Source of the DNA: the human T2T-CHM13v2.0 reference genome, Homo sapiens
Assembly (NCBI RefSeq): GCF_009914755.1
Contig: NC_060933.1
Direction: 5' to 3' (one strand)
Length of the DNA stretch: 64,000 nt
Below the pieces are notes generated by a model. The model was not told the DNA's origin. It made no database searches and saw only the letters and a program-made list of their open reading frames with translations. Each line of letters opens with the position of its first letter. Positions within the stretch are counted from its first letter, which is position 1. The position numbers and the translations under genes are program-made. Positions 1 to 15,200 of this stretch are shown piece by piece.

Positions 1-3000
1 TCCATTGCACTCGGGTTGATTCCATTCCATTCCATTCCATTCCATTCCGGATGATTCCATTCCATTGCATTCCGTTCCATTACATTCCCCTGCACTCGGG
101 TTGATACCATTCCATTCCATTCCATTCCATTCCATTCCATTCCATTCCGGATGATTCCATTCCATTGCATTCCATTCCGTTCCATTGCCCTGCACTCGGG
201 TTGATTCCATTCCATTCCATTCCATTCCGTTCCATTCCATTCCATTCCATTCTATTCTGGTTAATTCCATTCCATTCCTTTCGATTCCATTCCATTCCAT
301 TCCATTCCATTGCAATCGAGTTGATTCCATTCCATTCCATTCCATTCCGTTCCGGATGATTCCATTCCATTCCATTCCATTCCATTCCATTCCATTCCCC
401 TGCAGTTGGATTGATTCCATTCCATTCCATTCCATTCCATTCCATTCCATTCCATTCCATTCCATTCCGTTCCGTTCCATTCCATTCCATTCCATTCTAT
501 TCGGGTTAATTCCATTCCATTCCATTCCATTCCATTCCATTCCATTCCAATCGAGTTGATTCCATTCCATTCCATTCCATTCCATTCCACTCCATTCCAG
601 TCCTTTCCATTCCATTACACTCGGGTTGATTCCATTCTATTCCTTTCCATTCCATTCCATTCCATTGCAATCGAGTTGATTCCATTGCTTTGCATTCCAT
701 TCCATTCCATTCCATTCCGGATGATTCCATTCCATTGCATTCCTTTCCATTCCATTCCCTTGCACTCGGGTTGATTCCATTCCATTCCACTCCATTCCGT
801 TCCATTCCATTTCATTCCATTCCATTGTATTCGGGTTAATTCCATTCCATTCCATTCCATTCCATTCCATTCCATTCCATTCCAATCGAGTTGATTCCAT
901 TCCATTCCATTCCATTCCATTCCATTCCATTCCATTCCAGTCCTTTCCATTCCATTCCACTCGGGTTGATTCCATTCTATTCATTTCCATTCCATTCCAT
1001 TCCATTGCAATCGAGTTGATTCCATTGTTTTGCATTCCCTTCCATTCCATTCCATTGCGGATGATTCCATTCCATTGCATTCCGTTAAATTACATTCCCC
1101 TGCACTCGGGTTGATACCATTCCATTCCATTCCATTCCATTCCATTCCATTCCCGATGATTCCATTCCATTGCATTCCATTCCATTCCATTCCCCTGCAC
1201 TCGGGTTGATTACATTCCATTTCCTTCCCTTCCATTCCTTTCCATTCCATTCCATTCCATTCTATTCGGGTGAATTCCATTCCATTCCATTCCATTCCAT
1301 TCCATTCCATTCCATTCCCCTGCACTCGGGTTGATTACATTCCATTTCCTTCCCTTCCATTCCTTTCCATTCCATTCCATTCCATTCTATTCGGGTGAAT
1401 TCCATTCCATTCCATTCCATTCCATTCCATTCCATTCCATTCCATTCCGTTCCGTTCCATTCCAATCCATTCCATTCTATTAGGTTTAATTCCTTTCCAT
1501 TCCATTCGATTGCAATCGTGTTGATTCCATTCCATTCCATTCCGTTCCATTCCATTCCATTCCATTCCTTTCCATTCCATTACGGATGATTCCATTCCAT
1601 TGCATTCCATTCCATACCATTCCCCTGTACTCGGGTTGATTCCATTCCATTGCATTCCAATCCATGCCCTTGCACTCGTGTTGATTCCATTCTTTCCATT
1701 CCATTCAAGTTGAATCCATTCCATTGCATTCCATTCCATTCGATTCCATTCGATTGCACTCGGGTTGATTCCATTCCATTGCATTCCATTCCATTCCATT
1801 CCATTCCATTCCATTCCAATCCATTCCGTTCCATTCCATTCCATTACATTCGGATTGATTCTATTCAATTCCCTTACACTCCATTACATTCCATTCCATT
1901 CAGGTAGTTTCCATTCCATTCCATTCCATTCCTCTCCATTCCATTGCACTCGGGTTGATTCCATTCCATTGCATTCCATTCCATTCCATTCAATTCCATT
2001 CCTTTCCATTCCATTCCATTACATTCGGATTGATTCTATTTAACTCCCTTACTCTCCATTACATTCCATTCCGTTCGGGTTGTTCCATTCCATTCCATTC
2101 CATTCCACTCCATTCCATTGCACTCGGGTTTATTCCATTCCATTCCATTCAATTCCATTCCATTCCATTCCATTCCATTCCATTCCATTCCATTCCATTC
2201 CGGAAAATTCCATTCCATTGCATTCCATTCCATTCCATTCCCCTGCACTCGCGTTGATTCCATTCCATTCCATTCCATTCCATTCCATTCCAATCCATTC
2301 CTTTCCTTTCCATTCCATTCCATTCCATTCCATTCCATTCCATTCCGGAAAATTCCATTCCATTGCATTCCATTCCATTCCATTCCCCTGCACTCCCGTT
2401 GATTCCATTCCATTCCATTCCATTCCATTCCATTCCATTCCACTCGTGTTGATTCCATTCCTTTCCATTCCATTCGGGTTGAAGGCATTCCATTCCATTC
2501 CATTCCATTCCATTCCATTCCATTCCATTCCATTGTACTCGGGTTGATTCCATTCCATTGCATTCCATTCCATTCCATTCCATTCCATTCCGTTGCATTC
2601 CATTCCATTACATTCGGATTGATTATATTCAACTCCCTTACTCTCCATTACATTCCATTCCATTCGGGTTGTTCCATTCCATTCCATTCCATTCCACTCC
2701 ATTCCATTGCACTAGGGTTGATTCCATTCCATTCCATTCCATTCCATTCCATTCCATTCCATTCCATTCCGGATGATTCCATTCCATTGCATTCCGTTCC
2801 ATTACATTCCCCTGCACTCGCGTTGATTCCATTCCATTCCATTCAATTCCATTCCATTAGAATTCGTTCCATTCCATTCTATTCCGTACCATTCCATTCC
2901 ATTCCATACCATTCCATTCCATTCCATTCCATTCCATTCCATTCCATTCCATTCCATTCCGTTCCATTCCGTTCCATTGCATTCCATTCCATTCTATTCG

Positions 3001-4650
3001 GGTTAATTCCATTCCATTCCATTCCATTCAATTCTATTCTATTCCATTGCAATCGAGTTGAATCCATTGCATTTCATTCCATTCCATTCCATTCCATTCC
3101 ATTCCACTCGAGTTGATTTCATTCCATTCCTTTCCATTCCATTCCATTCCTTTCCACTCGAGTTGATTCCATTCCATTCCATTCCATTGCATTCCATTCC
3201 ATGCCATTCCACTCGGGTTGATTCCATTCCATTCCATTCCATTCCATTCCATTCCATTGCATTCCATTCCATTCCTTTCCCCTACACTCGGGTTGATTTC
3301 ATTCCATTCCATTCCATTTAATTCCATTCCATTCCATTCCATTCCATTCCAATCCGTTCCATTCCATTCCATTCTATTCCATTGCAATCGACTTGATTCA
3401 ATTCCATTCCATTCCATTCCATTCCATTCCATTACATTCCATTCCATTTTGTTCCAATCCATTCTATTCCGAACCATTCCTTTCCATTCAATTCCATTCC
3501 ATTCCTTTCCATTCCATGCCATTCCACTCGGGTTGATTCCATTCCTTTCCATTCCATTCGGGTTGAAACCAATCCACTCCATTCCATTCCATTCGAATCC
3601 ATTCCATTGCACTCGGGTTGATTCCATTCCATTCCATTCCATTCGATTCCATTCTATTCCATTCCATTCCGTTCAATTCCATTTCATTACATTCAGATTG
3701 ATTCTATTCAATTCCCTTACACTCCATTATATTCCAATCCATTCTGGTTGTTTCCATTCCATTCCATTCCATTTCACTCCATTCCATTGCACTCGGTTTG
3801 ATGCCATTCCATTCCATTCCATTCCATTCCGGATGATTCCATTCCATTGCATTCCATTCCATTCCATTCCCATGCACTCAGGTTGATTCCATTCCATTCC
3901 ATTCCACTCCATTCTGTTCCATTCCATTGCATTCCATTCTATTCCGGTTAATTCCATTCAATTCCATTCCATTCCATTCCATTCCATTGCAATCGAGTTG
4001 ATTCCATTCCATTCCTTTCCATTCCATTCCATTGCCTTGCATTCCAATCGGGTTGATTCCATTCCCTTCTTTCCAGTCCATTACATTCCCTTCCATTCCA
4101 CTCGGAATGATTGATTCCATTCCATTCCATTCCATTTCATTCCGTTGCAATCCATTCCAATCTATTCCATTCCATTCCATTCCACTCGAGTTGATTTCAT
4201 TCCATTCCTTTCCATTCCATTCCATTCCTTTCCACTCGAGTTGATTCCATTCCATTCCATTCCATTGCATTCCATTCCATGCCATTCCACTCGGGTTGAT
4301 TCCATTCCTTTGCATTCCATTCCATTCCATTCCATTCCATTCCATTCCATTCCGTACCATTCCATTCCATTCCATACCATTCCATTCCATTCCATTCCAT
4401 TCCGTTCCATTCCGTTCCATTCCATTCCATTCCATTCTATTCGGGTTTATTCCATTCCATTCCATTCCATTCCATTCTATTCCATTCCATTGCAATCGAG
4501 TTGAATCCGTTGCATTTCATTCCATTCCATTCCATTCCATTCCATTCCGGAAGATTCCATTCCATTGCATTCCATTCCATTCCATTCCCCTGCACTCGCG
4601 TTGATTCCATTCCATTCCATTCCATTCCTTTCCATTCCGTTCCGTTCCGT
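1..4650 (-). repeat. Block with a direct paralogue at ~56680-60750 (offset 55.6-56.7 kb)
   Basis: Shared rare variants in order: TTGATACC 101/56783; TCCGTTAAATTAC 1081/57403; ATGCCCTTGCAC ~1664/~57860; CAGGTAGTT 1901/58102; CCTACACTCG 3281/58863; TCCGTTGCAATCCATTCCAATCT 4141/59933; TTGAATCCGTTGC 4501/60577. Confidence 0.85.
4545..4557. promoter_or_regulatory. Perfect heat-shock-element match TTCcgGAAgaTTC (representative of 8 sites in domain 1)
   Basis: Matches nTTCnnGAAnnTTCn. Other sites start at 2198, 2343, 5398, 6442, 9022, 9317 and 10175. Motif match only; binding not shown. Confidence 0.55.
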
Positions 4651-7600
4651 TCCGTTCCGTTCCATTCCATTCCATTCCATTCCATTCCGTTCCGTTCCGT
4701 TCCATTCCATTCCATTCCATTCTATTCGGGTTAATTCCATTCCATTCCATTCGATTGCAATCGTGTTGATTCCATTCCATTCCATTCCATTCCATTCCAT
4801 TCCATTCCTTTCCATTCCATTACGGATGATTCCATTCCATTGCATTCCATTCCATTCCATTCCCCTGTACTCGGGTTGATTCCATTCCATTGCATTCCAA
4901 TCCATGCCCTTCCACTCGTGTTGATTCCATTCTTTCCATTCCATTCAAGTTGAATCCATTCCATTGCATTCCATTCCATTCCATTCCATTCCATTCGGTT
5001 GCACTCGGGTTGATTCCATTCCATTGCATTCCATTCCATTCCATTCCATTCCATTCCATTCCGTTCCTTTCCATTCCATTACATTCGGATTGATTCTATT
5101 CAATTCCCTTACACTCCATTACATTCCATTCCATTCGGGTAGTTTCCATTCCATTCCTCTCCATTCCATTGCACTCGGGTTGATTCCATTCCATTGCATT
5201 CCTTTCCATTCCATTCAATTCCATTCCGTTCCATTCCATTCCATTATATTCGGATTGATTCTATTCAACTCCCTTAGTCTCCATTACATTCCATTCCATT
5301 CGGGTTGTTCCATTCCATTCCATTCCATTCCACTCCATTCCATTGCACTCGGGTTTATTCCACTCCATTCCTTTCCATTCCATTCAATTCCATTCCATTC
5401 CGGAAGATTCCATTCCATTGCATTCCATTCCATTCCATTCCCCTGCACTCGCGTTGATTCCATTCCATTCCATTCCATTCCATTCCATTCCATTCCATTC
5501 CATTCCTTTCCGTTCCATTCCATTCCATTCCATTCCTTTCTATTCCAGTCTTTTCTATTCCATTCCACTCAGGTTGATTCCATTCTATTAGTTTCCATTC
5601 CATTCCATTCCCTTCCATTCCACTCTGGTTGATTCCATTCCTTTCCATTCCACTCGAATACATTCCCTCCTATTCCACTCGGAACGATTCCATTCCATTC
5701 CATTCCATTCCATTCCATTCCATTCCATTCCATTCCATTCCATTTCGTTCCATTCCATTCTATTCCGTATCGTTCCATTCCATTCCATTCCATTCCATTC
5801 CATTCCATTCCATTCCACTCGTGTTGATTCCATTCCTTTCCATTCCATTCGGTTTGAAGGCATTCCATTCCATTCCATTCCATTCCATTGTACTCGGGTT
5901 GATTCCATTCCATTGCATTCCATTCCATTCCATTCCATTCCGTTGCATTCCATTCCATTACTTTCGGATTGATTCTATTCAACTCCCTTACTCTCCATTA
6001 CATTCCATTCCATTTGGGTTGTTCCATTCCATTCCATTCCATTCCACTCCATTCCATTGCACTCGGGTTGATTCCATTCCATTCCATTCCATTCCATTCC
6101 ATTCCGGATGATTGCATTCCATTGCATTCCGTTCCATTACATTCCCCTGCACTCGCGTTGATTCCATTCCATTCCATTCCATTCCATTCAATTCCATTCC
6201 ATTACAATTCGTTCCATTCCATTCTATTCCGTACCATTCCATTCCATTCCATACCATTCCATTCCATTCCATTCCATTCCATTCCGTTCCATTCCGTTTC
6301 ATTCCATTCCATTCCATTCTATTCGGGTCCATTTCATTCCATTCCATTCCATTCCATTCCATTCCATTCTATTCCATTCCATTGCAGTCGAGTTGAATCA
6401 ATTGCATTTCATTCCATTCCATTCCATTCCATTCCATTCCATTCCGGAAGATTCCATTCCATTGCATTCCATTCCATTCCATTCCCCTGCACTCGCGTTG
6501 ATTCCATTCCATTCCATTCCATTCCATTCCATCCATTCCGTTCCGTTCCGTTCCATTCCATTCCATTCCATTCCATTCTATTCGGGTTAATTCCATTCCA
6601 TTCCATTCGATTGCAATCGAGTTGATTCCATTCCATTCCATTCCATTCCATTCCATTCCATTCCTTTCCGTTCCTTTCCATTCCATTCCATTCCATTCCA
6701 TTCCATTCCATTCCACTCCATTACATTCCATTCCGTTCCGTTCCGTTCCATTCCATTCCATTCCATTCTATTCGGGTTAATTCCATTCCATTCCATTTGA
6801 TTGCAATCGAGTTGATTCCATTCCATTCCATTCCACTCCATTCCATTCCATTCCTTTCCATTCCATTACGGATGATTCCATTCCATTGCATTCCATTCCA
6901 TTCCATTCCCCTGTACTCGGGTTGATCCATTCCATTCCATTCCAATCCATGCCATTCCACTCGTGTTGATTCCATTCTTTCCATTCCATTCAAGTTGAAT
7001 CCATTCCATTGCATTCCATTCCATTCCATTCACCTGCAGTCGGGTTGATTCCATTCCATTCCATTCCATTCCATTCCATTCCATTCCATTCCGTTCCGTT
7101 CCATTCCATTCCATTCCTCTCTATTCGGGTTAATTCCATTCCATTCCATTCCATTGCAATCGAGTTGATTCCATTCCATTCCATTCCATTCCATTCCATT
7201 CCATTCCTTTCTATTCCATTACGGATGATTCCATTCCATTGCATTCCATTCCATTCCATTCCCCTGTACTCGGCTTGACTGCATTCCATTCTTTTCCAAT
7301 GCATGCCATTGCACTCGTGTTGATTCCATTCTTTGCATTCCATTGAAGTTGAATCCATTCCATTGCATTCCATTCCATTCGATTCCATTCGATTGCACTC
7401 GGGTTGATTCCATTCCATTGCATTCCATTCCATTCCATTCCATTCCATTCGGATTGATTCTATTCAATTCCCTTACACTCCAATACATTCCATTCCATTC
7501 GGGTAGTTTCCATTCCATTCCATTCCATTCCTCTCCATTCCATTGAACTCGGGTTGATTCCATTCCATTCCATTCCATTCCATTCCATTCCATTACATTA

Positions 7601-10600
7601 CATTCCATTCCATTCCGTTCCATTGTACTCGTGTTGATTCCATTCCATTGCATTCCATTCCATTCCATTCCATTCCATTCCATTCCATTCCGTTCCATTC
7701 CATTCCATTACATTCGGATTGATTCTTTTCAACTCCCTTACTCTCCATTACATTCCATTCCATTCGGGTTGTTCCATTCCATTCCATTCCACTCCACTCC
7801 ATTCCATTGCACTCGGGTTGATTCCATTCCATTCCATTCCATTCCATTCAATTCCGGATGATTCCATTCCATTGCCTTCCATTCCACTCCATTCCCCTGC
7901 ACTCGGGTTGATTCCATTCCATTCCATTCCATTCCATTCCATTCCATTCCATTCCATTCTATTCGGGTTAATTCCATTCCATTCCATTCGATTGCAATCG
8001 AGTTGATTCCATTCCATTCCATTCCATTCCGTTCCGGATGATTCCATTCCATTCCATTCCATTCCATTCCATTCCATTCCCCTGCAGTCGGTTTGATTCC
8101 ATTCCATTCCATTCCATTCCATTCCATTCCATTCCGTTCCATTCCATTCCATTCCATTCTATTCGGGTTAATTCCATTCCATTCCATTCCATTCCATTGC
8201 ATTCCATTCCAATCGAGTTGATTCCATTCCATTCCATTCCATTCCATTCCACTCCATTCCAGTCCTTTCCAATCCATTACATTCGGGTTGATTCCGTTCT
8301 ATTCCTTTCCATTCCATTCCATTCCATTGCAATCGAGTTGATTCCATTGCTTTGCATTCCATTCCATTCCATTCCATTCCGGATGATTCGATTCCATTGC
8401 ATTCCGTTCCATTACATTCCCCTGCACTCGGGTTGATTCCATTCCATTCCATTCCATTCCATTCGATTCCATTCCATTCCCCTGCACTCGCGTTGATTCC
8501 ATTCCATTCCATTCCATTCCATTCCATTCCATTCCATTCCATTCCATTCCTTTCCATTCCAGTCCTTTCCATTCCATTCCACTCGGGTTGATTCCATTCT
8601 ATTAGTTTCCATTCCATTCCATTCGCTTCCATTCCACTCTGGTTGATTCCATTCCTTTCCATTCCACTCGAATACATTCCCTGCTATTCCACTCGGAACG
8701 ATTCCATTCCATTGCATTCCATTCCATTCTATTCCATTTCGTTCCATTCCATTCTATTCCGTATCATTCCATTCCATTCCATTCCATTCCATTCCATTCC
8801 ATTCCATTCCACTCGTGTTGATTCCATTCCTTTCCATTCCATTCGGTTTAAAGGCATTCCATTCCATTCCATTCCATTCCATTCCATTCCATTCCATTCC
8901 GTTCCGTTCCGTTCCATTCCATTCCATTCCATTCCATTCTATTCGGGTTAATTCCATTCCATTCCATTCGATTGCAATCGAGTTGATTCCATTCCATTCC
9001 ATTCCATTCCATTCCATTCCATTCCGGAAGATTCCATTCCATTGCATTCCATTCCATTCCATTCCCCTGCACTCGCGTTTATTCCATTCCTTTCCATTCC
9101 ATTCCATTCCATTCCATTCCATTCCATTCCATTCCTTTCCATTCCATTCCATTCCATTCCGTTCCGTTCCGTTCCGTTCCGTTCCGTTCCATTCCATTCC
9201 ATTCCATTCTATTCGGGTTAATTCTATTCCATTCCATTCCATTCCATTCTATTCCATTCCATTGCAATCGAGTTGAATCCATTGCATTTCATGCCATTCC
9301 ATTCCATTCCATTCCATTCCGGAAGATTCCATTCCATTGCATTCCATTCCATTCCATTCCCCTGCACTCGCGTTGATTCCATTCCATTCTATTCCATTCC
9401 ATTCCATTCCATTCCGTTCCATTCCGTTCCGTTCCGTTCCATTCCATTCAATTCCATTCCATTCCATTCCATTCCTTTCCGTTCCATTCCATTCCATTCC
9501 ATTCCATTCTATTTGGGTTAATTCCATTCCATTCCATTCGATTGCAATCGAGTTGATTCCATTCCATTCCATTCCATTCCATTCCATTCCATTCCTTTCC
9601 GTTACATTACGGATGATTCCATTCCATTGCATTCCATTCCATTCCATTCCCCTGTACTCGGGTTGATTCCATTCCATTCCATTCCAATCCATGCCATTCC
9701 ACTCGTATTGATTCCATTCTTTCCATTCCATTCAAGTTGAATCCATTCCATTGCATTCCATTACATTCGATTCCATTCGATTGCACTCGGGTTGATTCCA
9801 TTCCATTGTATTCCATTCCATTCCATTCCATTCCATTCCATTCCGTTCCATTCCATTCCATTACATTCGGATTGATTCTATTCAATTCCCTTACACTCCA
9901 TTACATTCCATTCCATTCGGGTAGTTTCCATTCCATTCCTCTCCATTCCATTGCACTCGGGTTGATTCCATTCCATTGCATTCCATTCCATACCATTCAA
10001 TTCCATTCCGTTCCATTCCATTCCATTACATTCGGATTGATTCTATTCAACTCCCTTACTCTCCATTACATTCGATTCTATTCGGGTTGTTCCATTCCAT
10101 TCCATTCCATTCCATTCCATTCCATTCCACTCCATTCCATTGCACTCGGGTTGATTCCATTCCATTCCATTACATTCCAGAAGATTCCATTCCATTGCAT
10201 TCCATTACATTCCATTCCCCTGCACTCGCGTTGATTCCATTCCATTCCATTCCATTCCATTGCATTCCATGCCATGCCATTCCACTCGGGTTGATTCCAC
10301 TCCTTTCCATTCCATTCTAGTTGAATCCATTCCATTGCATTCCATTCCATTCGATTCCATTCAATTGCACACGGGTTCATTCCATTCCATTCCATTCCAT
10401 TCCATTTCGTTCCATTCCATTCTATTCCGTACCATTCCCTTCCATTCAATTCCATTCCACTCCATTCCATGCCATTCCACTCGGGTTTATTCCATTCCCT
10501 TCCATTCCATTCGGGTTGAATCCATTCCATTCCATTCCATTCCATTCCATTCCATTCCATTCCATGCCATTCTCTCGGGTTGATTCCATTCTTTTCCATT

Positions 10601-11449
10601 CCATTCGAGTTGAACCCATTCCATTCCATTCCATTCCATTCCATTCCATTCCATTCCATTCCATTCCACTCGGGTTGATTCCATTCCTTTCCATTCCATT
10701 CGGGTTGAAACCATTCCATTCCATTCCATTCCTTTCGATTCCATTCCATTTCACGCGGGTTGATCCCATTCCATTGCATTCCATTCCATTCCTTTGCATT
10801 CCATTCCGTTCCATTCCATTCCATTACATTCGTATTGATTCTATTCAATTCCCTTACTCTCCATTACATTCCATTCCATTCGGGTTGTTTCCATTCCATT
10901 CCATTCCATTCCACTCCATTCCATTGCAATCGGGTTGACTCCATTCCATTCCATTGCATTCCATTCCATTTCATTCCATTCCATTCCATTCCATTCCATA
11001 TGATTCCATTCCATTGCATTCCATTCCATTCCATTCCACTGCACTCGGTTGGATTCCATTCTATTCCATTCCATTCCATTCCATTCCATTCCATTCTATT
11101 CCGGTTAATTTCATTCCATTCCCTTCCATTCCATTCCATTCCATTCCATTCCATTCCATTGAAATCGAGTTGATTCCATTCCATTCCATTCCATTCCATT
11201 CCATTCCATTCTATTCGTGTTAATTCCGTTCCATTCCATTGCATTCCATTCCCTTCCACTCCATTCCATTCCATTCCATTCCATTCCATTCCATTCTATT
11301 AGGGTTCATTCCATTCCATTCCATTCCATTCCATTCCATTCCATTCCACTCCATTCCATGCCATTCCACTCGGGTTTATTCCATTCCTTTCCATTCCATT
11401 CGGGTTGAATCCATTCCATTCCATTCCATTCCATTCCATTCCATTCCAT

Positions 11450-14400
11450 GCCATTGCACTCGGGTTGATTCCATTCCTTTCCATTCCATTCGAATTGAAC
11501 CCATTCCATTCCCTTCCATTCCATTCCATTCCATTCCATTCCATTGCTCACGGGTTCATTCCATTCCATTCCATTCCATTCCATTCCATTCCATTCCATT
11601 TCGTTCCATTCCATTCTACTCCGTACCATTCCATTCCATTCCATTCCCTTCCATGCCATTTCACTCGGGTTTATTCCATTCCTTTCCATTCCATTCGGGT
11701 TGAATCCATTCCATTCCATTCCATTCCATTCGATTGCGCTCGGGTTGATTCCATTCCATTCTATGCCATTCCATTTCATTCCGTTCCATTCCATTCCATT
11801 CCTTTCCATTCCTTTCCTTTCAATTCCATTCCACTACATTCGGATTGATTCTTTTTAATTCCCTTACACTCCATTACATTCCATTCCATTCGGGTACTTT
11901 CCATTCCATTCCATTCCATTCCACTGCATTCTATTGCACTCGGGTGGATTGATTCCATTCCATTGCATTCCATTCCATTCCATTCCATTCCTTTGCACTC
12001 GGGTTGATTCCATTCCACTGCATTCCATTCCATTCCATTCCATTCCCTTCCATTGCGTTCCATTCCATTCTATTCCATTCTGTTCAGGTTAATTCCATTC
12101 CATCCCATTCCATTCCCTTCCATTCCATTCCATTCCATTCCATCCCATTGCAATCTAGTTGATTCCATTGCATTCCATTCCATTCCATTCCATTCCATTG
12201 CATTCCATTCCATTCCATTGCATTCCATTCCATTCCATTCCCCTGCACTCAGATTGATTCTTTTCCATCCCATTCCATTCCATTCCGTTCCATTACATTC
12301 CATTCCATTCTATTCGCGTTAATTCCATTCCATTCCATTCCATTACATTCCATTGCAATCGAGTTGATTCCATTCCATTCCGTTCCATTCCATTCCATTC
12401 CATTCCATTTCGTTCCATTCCATTCTATTCTGTACCATTCCATTCCATTCCATTCCATTCCATTCCATTCCATTCCATTCCATGCCATTCCACTCGGGTT
12501 GATTCCATTGCTTTCCATTCCATTTGGGTTGAATCCAATCCATTCCATTCCATTCCATTCCATTCCATTCCATTACATTGCACTAGGTTTGATTCCATTC
12601 CACTGCATTCCATTCCATTCCATTCAGTTCCATTCCATTCCATTACATTCGGATTGATTGTATTCAATTCCCTTACACTCCATTACATTCCATTCCATTC
12701 GGGTTGTTTCCATTCCATTCCATTCCGTGTGCAATGGAATGGAATGGAATGGAATGGAATGGGTTCAACTAGAATGGAATGGAAAGGAATGGAATCAACC
12801 CGAGTGGAATGGCATGGAATGGAATGGAATGCAATGGAATGGAATGGAATGGAATGAAATGGAATGGAAGGGAATGGACTGAAATGGAATGGAATGGAAT
12901 GGAATCAACCCGAGTGCAATGTAATGGAATTGAATGGAATGTAATGGAATGGAATGGAATGAATTCAACCCGAATGGAATGGAAAGGAATGGAATAAACC
13001 CGAGTGGAATGGCATGGAATGGAGTGGAATGGAATGGAATGGAATACTACGGAAGAGAATGGAATGGAACGAAATGGAATGGAATGGAATGGAATGGAAT
13101 GGAATGGAATGGAATGAACACGTGAGCAATGGAATGGAATCGAATGGAATAGAATGGAATGGAATGGATTCAACTCGAATGGAATGGAAAGGAATGGAAT
13201 CAACCCGAGTGGAATGGCATGGAATGGAAAGGAATGGAATGGAATGGAATGGAATGGAACGGAATGGAATGGAATCAACTCGATTGCAAAGGAATGTAAT
13301 GGAATGGAATGGAACGGAATTAACGCAAATAGAACGGAATGGAAAGGAATGGAACGGAATGGAATGGAAAGGAATGGAATGGAATCAATCTGAGTGCAGG
13401 GGAATGCAATGGAATGGAATGCAATGGAATGGAATGGAATGGAATGGAATGGAATCACCTCGATTGCAATGGGATGGAATGGAATGGAATGGAAGGGAAT
13501 AGAATGGAATGGAATTGAACTGAACAGAATGGAATGGAATGGAATGGAATGGAATGGAATGCAATGGAATCGAATCAATCAACCCGAGTGAAATAGAATG
13601 CAGTGGAATGGAATGGAATGGAATGGAATGGAATGGAATGAAATGGAATGGCAGGGAATGGAATGGAATCAACCCGAGTGCAAAGGAATGGAATGGAATG
13701 GAATGGAATGGAATGGATTCAACCCGAATGGAATGGAAAGGAATGGAATAAACCTGAGTGGAATCGCATGGAATGGAATGGAATGGAATGGAATGGAATG
13801 GAATGCAACGGAATGGTACGGAATAGAACGGAATGGAACGAAATGGAATGGAATGGAATGGAATCAACCTGAGTGCAATGGAATGGAGTGGAATGGAATG
13901 TAATGGAATGGAAACAACCCGAATGGAATGGAATGTAATGGAGTGTAAGGGAATTGAATACAATCAATCCGAATTGAATGGAATGGAATGGAACGGAATG
14001 GAATGGAATGGAATGCAGTGGAATGGAATCAAACCTAGTGCAATGGAATGGAATGGAACGGAATGGAATGGAATGGAATGGAATGGAATGGAATGGAATG
14101 GAATGGAATGGATTGGATTCAACCCAAATGGAATGGAAAGCAATGGAATCAACCCGAGTGGAATGGCATGGAATGGAATGGAATGGAATGGAATGGAATG
14201 GAATGGTACAGAATAGAATGGAATGGAATGAAATGGAATGGAATGGAACGGAATGGAATGGAATCAACTCGATTGCAATGGAATGTAATGGAATGGAATG
14301 AAATGGAATTAACGTGAATAGAATGGAATATAATGTAATGGAATGGAATGGAATGGAATGGGATGGAATGGAATCAATCTGAGTGCAGGGGAATGGAATG

Positions 14401-15200
14401 GAATGGAATGCAATGGAATGGAATGGAATGGAATGGAATGCAATTGAATCAACTAGATTGCAATGGGATGGAATGGAATGGAATGGAATGGAAGGGAATG
14501 GAATGGAATGGAATTAACCTGAACAGAATGGAATGGAATGGAATGGAACGGAATGGAAGGGAATGGAATGGAATGGAATTAAGCTGAAGAGAATGGAATG
14601 GAATTGAATGGAACGGAATGGAATGGAATGGAATGGAATGGAATGCAATGGAATGGGATCAACCCGAGTGCAGGGGAATGGAATGGAATGGAATGCAATG
14701 GAATGGAATCAATCAACCCGAGTGCAATAGAATGCAGTGGAATGGAATGGAATGGAATGGAAAGTACCCGAATGGAAAGGAATGTAATGGAGTGTAAGGG
14801 AATTAAAAAGAATCAATCCGAATGTAATGGAATGGAAGGGAACGGAATGGAATGGAATGGAATGGAATGGAATGGAATGGAATGGAATGGAATGAAATGG
14901 AATGGCATGGAATGGAATGGAATCAACCCGAGTTCAATGGAATGGAATGGAATGGAATGGAATGGATTCAACCCGAATGGAATGGAAAGGAATGGAATAA
15001 ACCCGAGTGAAATGGCATGGAAGGGAATGGAATGCAATGGAATGGTAAGGAATAGAATGGAATGGAACGAAATGGAATGGAATGGAATGGAATGGAATGG
15101 AATGGAATGGAATGGAATGAACCCGTGTGCAATAGAATGGAATGGAATGGAATGGAATGGAATGGAATGGAATGGGTTCAACTGGAATGGAATGGAAAGG
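11450..15200. repeat. Imperfect inverted repeat spanning the left strand switch (arms ~11450-12720 and ~13900-15200)
   Basis: Rare variants are mirrored in collinear order: CACTAGGTTT/AAACCTAGTG, TTTGGGTTGAATCCAATC/GATTGGATTCAACCCAAA, CTCAGATTGA/TCAATCTGAG, TGTTCAGGTT/AACCTGAACA, CGGGTACTTT/AAAGTACCCG, CTTTTTAATT/AATTAAAAAG. Confidence 0.85.

Larger units (their letters stand above)
1..12726 (-). repeat. HSat3 domain 1 (CATTC on + strand; G-rich GGAAT strand is -)
   Basis: Reads CATTC up to ...gggttgtttccattccattccattcc at 12726. Confidence 0.97.

Noticed and set aside
2202-2211. GGAAAATTCC as an NF-kB site (also ~2347, ~45956)
   Set aside because: It lacks the GGG start of the consensus and is a one-base variant of the GGAAGATTCC module.
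12654-12882. Chimeric ORFs crossing the strand switches (also 41717-42161)
   Set aside because: The IPFHS-to-MEWNG change in the peptide only reflects the orientation flip and is no evidence of a fusion gene.
13745-13752. AATAAA hexamers (GGAATAAACC module) as polyadenylation signals
   Set aside because: This is a single-base variant of GGAATCAACC repeated with the array. There is no downstream GU/U-rich element or transcript evidence.
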